Shown here: positions 12,752 through 21,943 of the stretch, in pieces
Layout: the number at the start of each line of letters is the position of its first letter
Numbering within the stretch: the stretch's first letter is position 1
Source: Macrostomum lignano
Taxonomy: Eukaryota
DNA: 64,000 nucleotides
Assembly (NCBI GenBank): GCA_002269645.1
Contig: NIVC01001693.1
Location: 66,145 to 130,144, forward strand
Direction of reading: 5' to 3'
Notes under the pieces: model-generated
What the model was told of the DNA's origin: nothing
The model's input: the letters and a program-made list of their open reading frames with translations, nothing else
The model's database searches: none
Translations under genes and position numbers: made by a program

Positions 12752-13219
12752 GCAACAAGACATTTTGGCAACAGTCACTTTGGCAACAATGTTAGGCCAT
12801 TTTAGCAATTTTTTCAAATATACCTATTTAACAAAATAAAGATGCAGCTGCTGCTTGCTAACTTTGTATATTACAATTAGTAATTAAAGCAGTAAATTAA
12901 ATTAGTAAATTAAATCAATAAGTTTCTAACTGTTGCAACAAAGTTTTTCAATGAAGTACATGACTGACTTATTTTCATTTTACTATTATGGTAAAAATAT
13001 TATCCTTGCGACCTTATTTAAAGTTCATTTTACCTTCAAAATAAATGAATTACAAATATAGATTGCTTGCCAAATCAAGACATTCATAAATTTATATTGC
13101 AGGCCTTTTGCCAAAATGTCTCCTTCTTTTGTCATTGATATGACAATTACTGTTGCCAAAAAATTAATTTGTCCCAAAATTGTTGCCACAAAGTGTCCAT
13201 TGCCAAAATGTCTTGTTGC
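12752..13219. mobile_element. MITE-like element with inverted ends
   Basis: Exact 20-bp inverted pair GCAACAAGACATTTTGGCAA (12752-12771) and TTGCCAAAATGTCTTGTTGC (13200-13219), plus TTGGCAAC subrepeats. TSD not resolved. Confidence 0.55.
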
Positions 13220-13850
13220 CTAAGACTCTGGCTAATGTAATGATTCTTTAAACTTATTTAATTTGATTTGATGTTAATTCAATGTTAATTTATATATACA
13301 TGATTCTATTACTTAAAATTGCTCTATAAGTTATCTCATATGTACTGTGAGCTGGTAAAAAAATATTTCATTTGCATAATTTGTCATTTGACCTGCTATA
13401 TTTGAATATGCTCTATGGAATTTGCACCAAGGCATAATAGTAGACAATCTAGTGCTAATTTCTCTATTAAAAGCATTTATTTGAAGGCAATTTGCCAAAA
13501 TGACTTAAAATGCTAAAATTGTTGTTAGAATGTCTTGTTGCAACATATCCTTTCGTTAAAGTGACTAATAGCCTACTAAAAGGTCTATATATAGATACCA
13601 ATTTGATTTTATGACAATTATTTTTAGTCAAGGTTTGAATAAGAAAGTTTAAATAGGTTTAACTATATATACATAATACATTTAGTCTCTATACTTAACA
13701 GCCAAATACAGCCTTCAGATATGCCACTCAATAGCTGCAGCTAAGCTCTTGGTTGCACATCTGCCCATTAGAGCAGGTGTAATCAATTATTATTATTATT
13801 ATCAGGTACAGTAAATCAAGCTAAACGCTCACTATTATTTCTTCTTCAAG

Positions 13851-14339
13851 GCCTCATCTTCATCAGCCTCCAAACAGGCAGTTAGCCAGGCAGAATTTCT
13901 GCCAGTTGTCCATCGCGTATTTGCTCCTTGGACAGCTGTCAGACTCTTAGTGGAACACCAGGCTGGCGGGCCAGACACACAGGCTAAGGTGGACTGGATG
14001 CAGCAGGCGGTGTGCCATTGGATGCTGGAGAACAGCGCCCTGGCACCAGACGAACTAGCCGAAGTGCTTGAACAGTACATTGACGAGCTGTTTAGCAGTG
14101 TATTTGACGATGGCAGTTGCTACGAGGTTGCCCGCCTACTATGCGACCTGTTAGAGAGGCTGAGACGAGGCGAGACTGCATTCGTTGAAGCCGCCCTGAC
14201 TCGCCTGGCCAGAGGCGTCAGCCTGCAGGCCTGCGTCAGCGCGCCCAGTAGTCAGCAGGATGACGATGATGCCGACGACGGGGACGGCGCTGGCGATGAC
14301 AGCGGAGATGAGCAAGACTATGGCGGGGTGCACGCTTGA
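13851..14339 (+). CDS. TSR2: Pre-rRNA-processing protein TSR2 (single coding exon, no ATG at its 5' end)
   Basis: From 13851: ASSSSASKQAVSQAEFLPVVHRVFAPWTAVRLLVEHQAGGPDTQAKVDWM...ELFSSVFDDGS, which matches the TSR2 WGG domain, followed by an acidic tail. Acceptor TTTCTTCTTCAAG ends at 13850. In-frame TAA at 13812. AATAAA at 14643. Confidence 0.85.
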   Translation, partial: ASSSSASKQAVSQAEFLPVVHRVFAPWTAVRLLVEHQAGGPDTQAKVDWMQQAVCHWMLENSALAPDELAEVLEQYIDELFSSVFDDGSCYEVARLLCDLLERLRRGETAFVEAALTRLARGVSLQACVSAPSSQQDDDDADDGDGAGDDSGDEQDYGGVHA

Positions 14340-14366
14340 TTGGGGTTAGCTGGGCAGAGTTAGTAA

Positions 14367-14560
14367 CGAGGGCTGTCAGAAAAGTTCTGCTTATTGGTGT
14401 GTATCGCCGTCTGTTTAGATCTCAAAAGGACTCGCCAGATCTTAGTCCTTGCGACTGTTTTAATGGAGAAAAGTTAGTGATAGATTCTGGAGGGTATCGT
14501 TTTAACATAACTACTTTGTACTTTACAGACCAATAAGCAGAAATTTTCTGACAGCCCTTG
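14367..14560. mobile_element. Tc1/mariner-type MITE (194 bp) in the TSR2 3' UTR
   Basis: 32-bp TIRs CGAGGGCTGTCAGAAAAGTTCTGCTTATTGGT (14367-14398) and ACCAATAAGCAGAAATTTTCTGACAGCCCTTG (14529-14560), 2 mismatches. TA on the right, AA on the left. Confidence 0.8.
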
Positions 14561-14913
14561 TATAGTGACGTCCCTACACTAGTTTTGACTATTGTTCGCT
14601 TTGCTGAATTGTATATTTTATATTACTGTTTTATTGATGTACAATAAAGCGCTGTCGTATTTTATCTTTGAAAGGCGGATTGTTGCTGTTTTAGTATTGA
14701 GTTTATTCCATTCTTCATTTAATTTAGAATCTGAATAGTTGCTTTTCGAATTTCTAGATAAGCATGTCTAAGTTTTGTAGTCTCCCAGATTCTTAGTTGT
14801 TGGGTGCCCTGCTACCTGGGCAAGTCCTCAGACTTACTGACCCGATCCCAGTTGTGGTGGAAAAATCATTCGAAACGGCATCAAAAAGCAAGATGCAGCA
14901 AATAAGTAAAGAG

Positions 14914-16518
14914 CAGTATTAGACAGTAAAGAAACAGCATTAGGCTGTAAAGAAGCAGCATTAGACAGTAAAGAAGCAGCATTAGGCTGTAAAGAAGCAG
15001 CATTAGGCTGTAAAGAAACAGCATTAGGCTGTAAAGAAGCAGCATTAGGCTGTAAAGAAGCAGCATTAGGCTGTAAAGAAGCAGCATTAGGCTGTAAAGA
15101 AACAACATTAAACAGTAAAGAAACAGCATTAGGCTGTAAATAAACAGCATTAGACAGTAAAGAAGCAGCATTAGGCTGTAAACAAACAGCATTAGACAGT
15201 AAACAAACAGCATTAGGCTGTAAAGAAACAGCATTAAACAGTAAAGAAGCAGCATTAGGCTGTAAAGAAACAGCATTAAACAGTAAAGAAACAGCATTAG
15301 ACTGTAAAGAAGCAGCGTTAACTGTAGATAAACAGCATTAGACAGTAAACAAACAGCATTAGACAGTAAACAAACAGCATTAGACAGTAAACAAACAGCA
15401 TTAGACAGTAAACAAACAGCATTAGACAGTAAACAAACAGCATTAGACAGTAAACAAACAGCATTAGACAGTAAACAAACAGCATTAGGCTGTAAAGAAA
15501 CAGCATTAGACAGTAAAGAAACAGCATTAGGCTGTAAACAAACAGCATTAGACAGTAAAGAAGCAGCATTAGGCTGTAAATAAACAGCATTAGACAGTAA
15601 AGAAGCAGCATTAGGCTGTAAATAAACAGCATTAGACAGTAAAGAAGCAGCATTTGGCTGTAAACAAACAGCATTAGACAGTAAACAAACAGCATTAGGC
15701 TGTAAACAAACAGCATTAGACAGTAAAGAAGCAGCATTAGGCTGTAAACACACAGCATTAGACAGTAAAGAAGCAGCATTAGGCTGTAAACAAACAGCAT
15801 TAGACAGTAAAGAAGCAGCATTAGGCTGTAAACAAACAGCATTAGACAGTAAAGAAGCAGCATTAGGCTGTAAATAAACAGCATTAGACAGTAAAGAAGC
15901 AGCATTAGGCTGTAAATAAACAGCATTAGACAGTAAAGAAGCAGCATTTGGCTGTAAACAAACAGCATTAGACAGTAAACAAACAGCATTAGGCTGTAAA
16001 CAAACAGCATTAGACAGTAAAGAAGCAGCATTAGGCTGTAAACAAACAGCATTAGACAGTAAAGAAGCAGCATTAGGCTGCAAACAAACAGCATTAGACA
16101 GTAAAGTAGCAGCATTAGGCTGTAAACAAACAGCATTAGACAGTAAAGAAGCAGCATTAGGCTGTAAACAAACAGCATTAGACAGTAAACAAACAGCATT
16201 AGGCTGTAAAGAAGCAGTATTAGACTGTAAAGAAGCAGCGTTAACTGTAAATAAACAGCATTAGACAGTAAACAAACAGCATTAGACAGTAAAGAAGCAG
16301 CATTAGGCTGTAAACAAACAGCATTAGACAGTAAACAAACAGCATTAGGCTGTAAAGAAGCAGTATTAGACTGTAAACAAACAGCATTAGACAGTAAAGA
16401 AGCAGCATTAGGCTGTAAACAAACAGCATTAGACAGTAAACAAACAGCATTAGGCTGTAAAGAAGCAGTATTAGACTGTAAACAAACAGCATTAGACAGT
16501 AAACAAACAGCATTAGAC
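14914..16518. repeat. 21-bp minisatellite (CAGCATTAGRCWGTAAASAAR), about 75 copies
   Basis: Directly visible; accounts for the spurious LMLFVYC ORFs. Confidence 0.97.
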
Positions 16519-16565
16519 GGCTAGAAGCCCTCATTTGCTCTCCGCTGCCTCAACCGCTGGCGTCA

Positions 16566-18909
16566 GTGCCGCACCTACACCGGCGCCTGTGCCAGGCCGT
16601 GCTGACCCGCGGCAGCCGTTGGCTCAGTGGCTGCTGCACCCCTAGCAGCGTTGAGCACCGGCCAGCCAAGAATCCTGACGCTCCCAAATCCGCGCCGTTC
16701 TTCGAACCGCAGATCGATTGGGAAAGCCTGTCAGATCCCGTCCGTGCGGCGGCCGCGCGCCAAAATGCGCGCCAACGCGGCGCCGATCCCGATTTAGTTG
16801 ACGCGGCGCTGCGTTTACGCACCGAGTCGTCGGACGGCGCCGCGGCGGTGGCGGCAGCGGCCCGCTTGCCGAACTGGACTCACCCGGACTCGCCCGTTGG
16901 CGGCGAGGCCAACAGCCGGCTGGTTCGCCTGATTGGCACAGCGCCATCGACTGAGGAGCGGCGCGGCTTTGACGCGCGCACTCTGTTGCAGAATCTGAGA
17001 TTGTTGGCGTCCAGAAATCTGTCCTTGCTGACTGGCCAACGGACTCACTATTTTAGAGGCCAGTTAGCACAGCTAGAAACTGCGTTGATTGGACTAGCGC
17101 TGGATGTTGCTCGGGAGTTCGGCTTTCAGCAGGTAGTCATTTTTAATTATTTGTTTTTATTTATGCGTTTGATTTCTTTTTAAATTTTATAATCGCATTC
17201 TAGAATTTCCCAATCACGAGCTTCTAGAATTTCTCAATCACGAGCTTCTAGAATTTCTCAATCACGAGCTTCTAGAATCCCCCGATAATCCCGAGCTTCT
17301 AGAATCCCCCGATAATCCCAAGTTTCTAGAATCCCCCGATAATCCCAAGCTTCTAGAATCCCCCAATAATCCCAAGTTTCTAGAATCCCCCGATAATCCC
17401 AAGCTTCTAGAATCCCCCGATAATCCCAAGTTTCTAGAATCCCCCAATAATCCCAAGTTTCTAGAATCCCCCAATAATCCCAAGTTTCTAGAATCCCCCG
17501 ATAATCCCAAGTTTCTAGAATCCCCCAATAATCCCAAGTTTCTAGAATCCCCGATAATCCCAAGCTTCTAGAATCCCCCGATAATCCCAAGTTTCTAGAA
17601 TCCCCCAATAATCCCAAGTTTCTAGAATCCCCCAATAATCCCAAGTTTCTAGAATCCCCCGATAATCCCAAGTTTCTAGAATCCCCCAATAATCCCAAGT
17701 TTCTAGAATCCCCCGATAATCCCAAGCTTCTAGAATCCCCCGATAATCCCAAGCTTCTAGAATCCCCCAATAATCCCAAGTTTCTAGAATCCCCCAATAA
17801 TCCCAAGCTTCTAGAATCCATGCTAAATAGAATCGCCAAGAAAAGATTTAAACGAAATTAGTCTAAAATTGCTTTCTTAAAAATGCTTATTTGAGTAAGC
17901 ATTTCGCTACTTGCTACTTGTATTTTTGAAAGTAGTATCGCTAGTATATTTCTACGGGATACAATATTTACATCGCTTTTACCAGATTGGCGTGCCCGAA
18001 CTGGTCCCGCCGGAGCTGGTTGACGCGTGCGGCTTTGCGACTCAAGGTACCAGGTCGCAGGTATTTTTAACTGGCTCCATGGCACTGATTGGCACGGCTG
18101 AGATAGCTCTGGCCGGTTACCTGGCTGGCCGCGTCTACCGTATTGACCAGCTGCCTGTGCGCCTCTGCGCCGTGTCACGCTGCTACAGACGGGAGATCTC
18201 TAAAGTTGAGGACGCCATGTACCGCGTGCCGCAGTTTACTAAGGTATGAGATTAGCGGATTAATCATGTTGCGCAGTCTACTACTACTGCTACTACTACT
18301 ACTTTTACTACTACTACTACTACTACTACTACTACAAGCTACAACTATCTACCGAGAAAATGAAGCTCAGCGTACTAGTTTACACCTCCAAAAAACGGCT
18401 TCACCCCCCTTTCCGCCCAGGTGGAGCTGTTCAGCCTGACCTCGCCGGCGGACAGCGAGTCCGAGCACCAGCGCCTGCTGTCAGTGCAGGAGGCCATACT
18501 GAACCAGCTGGGCCTGCACTGCCGCCTATTAGACATGGCCACCGAAGAGTTGGGCAATCCGGCTTATCGCAAATTCGATTGGGAAGCCTGGCTACCATCC
18601 GAGGCCAGGTTTGGCGAAGTCTGCAGCGCTTCCAACTGTACGGATTATCAGAGCCGCAGGCTGGGCATTGGATTAGCTGGTACTAATCTAGGCGGATTTC
18701 CGCACACTCTCAATGGCACGGCTTGTGCAATTACTCGAACTATTAAAGCTCTGGTAGAGACTCATCAATGCTCAGATGGCGGCAGTGTAGCCCTACCGCC
18801 GGCACTGGCGCCCTATATGGCTCCATTTACTAACGAGTTGACCATGCTGAAACGGCCACCAATGAAGTCGATGTATTTTGCTAGACTGAAACGGCAGCCT
18901 ATGCTGTGA
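16566..18909 (+). CDS. SARS2: Mitochondrial seryl-tRNA synthetase; exons ~16566/16596-17132, 17986-18243, 18421-18909
   Basis: LPNWTHPDSPVG, motif 2 CAVSRCYRRE...MYRVPQFTK|VELFSL, EVCSASNCTDYQSRRL and HTLNGTACAITR. Phase-0 GT-AG introns (CAG|GTAGTC, ACCAG|ATT, AAG|GTATGA, CCCAG|GTG). Arg-rich N-terminus like a targeting peptide. Start codon unresolved. Confidence 0.92.
17198..17820. repeat. 27-bp minisatellite (CCCAAGTTTCTAGAATCCCCCGATAAT) in SARS2 intron 1
   Basis: Directly visible tandem array. Confidence 0.95.
18278..18335. repeat. (CTA)n microsatellite in SARS2 intron 2
   Basis: Directly visible. Confidence 0.93.
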
Positions 18910-19106
18910 ATTGCTTGTTTGGCATTTTGAACTTGAAACTGTGTCAGTTTATAGTTTTTATTTATTTGCCATGTGCTGCTATGCTTGATGCGTTAGATGA
19001 TAAAATTATATTATATTGTGTTTGTATGAGTCTTCAAGTTTATTCAACTTGCTTTTTAATTTTGCTAACTCATTTAGCTTAGTTTATTGATTTGTTGAGG
19101 CGAATA

Positions 19107-19290
19107 GGATTGTAGCTTAGTGAAGGGTTGTAGCCGAAAGTCGGGGGTTCGATTCCCAACCAACTCGGAACAAATTGTGTCCTTGAGTAAGACACTTTAC
19201 TCTGCATTGTTGTAAAATGGCTGCCAGCATTAGCTGGGGTAATTGAGGGTATGTGTGTGTGTGGCGACCCCCCCCAGTCCTTGGACTGAA
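19107..19290 (+). mobile_element. tRNA-derived SINE
   Basis: A-box-like TAGCTTAGTGAAG, B-box GGTTCGATTCC (19146-19156), then the TGTGTCCTTGAGTAAGACACTT hairpin resembling the conserved central domain of MetaSINE-type elements. Confidence 0.6.
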
Positions 19291-19329
19291 CAGCAGCCGT
19301 ACGCAGCCTTCAGATGCGCCGCGCAATAG

Positions 19330-19868
19330 CAGAATAGCTCAGTCATTAGCACAGGCACTGAGGCAGAATAGCTCAGTCATTAGCACAGGCACTGAGGCAG
19401 AATAGCTCAGTCATTAGCACAGGCACTGAGGCAGAATAGCTCAGTCATTAGCACAGGCACTGAGGCAGAATAGCTCAGTCATTAGCACAGGCACTGAGGC
19501 AGGATAGCTCAGTCATTAGCACAGGCACTGAGGCAGGATAGCTCAGTCATTAGCACAGGCACTGAGGCAGAATAGCTCAGTCATTAGCACAGGCACTGAG
19601 GCAGAATAGCTCAGTCATTAGCACAGGCACTGAGGCAGAATAGCTCAGTCATTAGCACAGGCACTGAGGCAGAATAGCTCAGTCATTAGCACAGGCACTG
19701 AGGCAGGATAGCTCAGTCATTAGCACAGGCACTGAGGCAGGATAGCTCAGTCATTAGCACAGGCACTGAGGCAGGATAGCTCAGTCATTAGCACAGGCAT
19801 TAAGGCAGGACAGCTCAGTCATTAGCACAGGCACTGAGGCAGGATAGCTCAGTCATTAGCACAGGCAC
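19330..19868. repeat. 34-bp minisatellite (GCAGAATAGCTCAGTCATTAGCACAGGCACTGAG), about 16 copies
   Basis: Directly visible; period measured as 34. Confidence 0.96.
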
Positions 19869-19921
19869 AGCCACCCCGCACACTCTCTGCCCCGCTGCAG
19901 CATCCTTCAACCCCGAGCCCG

Positions 19922-21598
19922 ATGGCGCACTCGCAGGATGCGTCGACCTGGTCCAAGCTGCTGTCGCTCACCTGGTCAGATGCGAATCGGTGGAACATGC
20001 AGCAGCCAACGCCAGCTAATATATTGGACTATTTTTGCGAACGTACAAATCCATTTTACGATCATCACTGCAATAATGAGCAGATTCGAATGCAGAGGCT
20101 TAATCCGGAGCATCTGCTCAGCATGCAAGGTGTTGAGTATGTGCTGCTCCGCTTTCAGGAGCCAATACTCTTTGTTATACGCAAGCAGTTTCGGAAATCA
20201 CCTACTGAGGTAAAAGCTAGTGGATTGTAGAATTATGTAATGAATCATAGCAGCTACTGCAGGAGGAAAAACCGAGATTCTAATATGAGTGTAGTGAAAA
20301 TGAGGGTATAAGGAATGTGAAAGTGTAAATTAAGGGTGTAATGAAGGTATGGGTATAGGGAATAGGTATGGGGAAGGTGAGGGTATAGGGAAGGTGAGGG
20401 TATAGGGAAGGTGAGGGTATAGGGAAGGTGAGGGTATAGGGAAGGTGAGGGTATAGGGAAGGTGAGGGTATAGGGAAGGTGAGGGTATAGGGAAGGTGAG
20501 GTATAGGGAAGGTGAGGGTATAGGGAAGGTGAGGGTATAGGGAAGGTGAGGGTATAGGGAAGGTGAGGGTATAGGGAAGGTGAGGGTATAGGGAAGGTGA
20601 GGGTATAGGGAAGGTGAGGGTATAGGGAAGGTGAGGGTATAGGGAAGGTGAGGGTATAGGGAAGGTGAGGGTATAGGGAAGGTGAGGGTATAGGGAAGGT
20701 GAGGGTATAGGGAAGGTGAGGGTATAGGGAAGGTGAGGGTATAGGGAAGGTGAGGGTATTGGGAAGGTGAGGGTATAGGTATAGGGAAGGTGAGGGTATA
20801 GGAAAAATGAGGGTATTGGGAAAATGAGGGTACAGGGAAGGTGAGGGTGTAGGGAAAATGAGGCTACAGGGAAGGTGAGGGTGTAGGAAAAATGAGGGTA
20901 CAGGGAAGGTGAGGGTATTGGGAAGGTGAGGGTACAGGCAAGGTGAGGGTACAGGCAAGGTGAGGGTACAGGTAAGGTGAGGGTACAGGCAAGGTGAGGG
21001 TACAGGGAAGGTGAGGGTACAGGCAAGGTGAGGGTACAGGCAAGGTGAGGGTACAGGCAAGGTGAGGGTACAGGGAAGGTAAGTGAGTAATTTCGATGAA
21101 GAAATGAAGGTTAAATGGTGCAAACAAAACCCGCAGGTGATACCGCAGTCTCTGTACTACATCATCAACGGTGTAGTGCACGCTGCACCGGACCTTGGTT
21201 CCCTGTTCAACTCGCGCCTGTTAACAACAACATATCACTTGCAGTGCGCGTTCAACTCCTTAAATAGCATTGTTAGGCACCATCCGGACACAGGCTACAG
21301 CTGGGCCACGCCTGGCAGCGGTCAGGGCGACTCTTCTGGTGCCGCTTCTGGCGCCTCAACAGCCGCCGCCACCGCTGCCGCTGCTTCTGGCAAAGCGACC
21401 GGAACTGGAGGCGGTATCAAGAAGGAGAGCAGCGTGTTTCAACGGCAACGAGTTGACGCCCTGCTAAAGGAATGGTCGGCTTTGTTTCCTTCGCCGCATT
21501 TCCAACAGCAGCAGCAACCGCAACAGCAGAAGCAGCAACAGTCTCAGCAACAGAATCAGCAGACGCACAGTGTTAATAAAAAAGCTCCTTCGGCTTAA
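19922..21598 (+). CDS. MED6: Mediator subunit 6; exons 19922-20209 and 21137-21598 (~249 aa)
   Basis: NILDYFCERTNPFYDHHCNNEQIRMQR...GVEYVL...QEPILFVIRKQ and VIPQSLYYIINGVVHAAPDLGSLFNSRL. GAG|GTAAAA donor and CCGCAG|GTG acceptor, both phase 0. AATAAA at 21632. Confidence 0.95.
20345..21080. repeat. 17-bp G-rich minisatellite (AGGGAAGGTGAGGGTAT) in the MED6 intron
   Basis: Directly visible. Confidence 0.96.
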
Positions 21599-21943
21599 TA
21601 CATGCGCTGTTGTGGTTTCTTCAACTTTTATAATAAAACATCTAAAGCTGTAAATGTCTTTGTCTGTTAATAATCAAACTATTACTCTGAACTATAATGA
21701 TGATAATGAAATCATATAATAATTATGATTTTTGTTTGTGTTGTTATTTTGTTATTTTCTATTAATTTAGTAACTTGGTAGCTATCTATTTAGGCAACAA
21801 ACATTTTGGCCTTGTGCAGTCACTGTTGTTAGTGTCCTACTGAAAATGATGTTTAAAAGCAAAAAACACAGCCTAAGATAGCGGCATCCCCTGTGAGCTT
21901 TGGACTGTGACCAACTGACCCTTGGCATCTTTGCAGAAACAGA

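Noticed and set aside
14881-16534. Long ORFs (400 and 293 aa) in the 21-bp array, and similar ORFs at 17.3, 20.3, 24.2, 34.3, 36.4-37.6, 40-41, 49.7-51.4, 51.8-52.6 and 62.8-63.4 kb
   Set aside because: They are translations of stop-free tandem units, mostly intronic or intergenic, open in several frames, with no protein family signal.
19330-19868. CRISPR-like appearance of 28-47-bp direct repeats (also 34.5, 38.5 and 61.6 kb)
   Set aside because: Units are head-to-tail with no unique spacers, there are no cas genes, and the context is eukaryotic.
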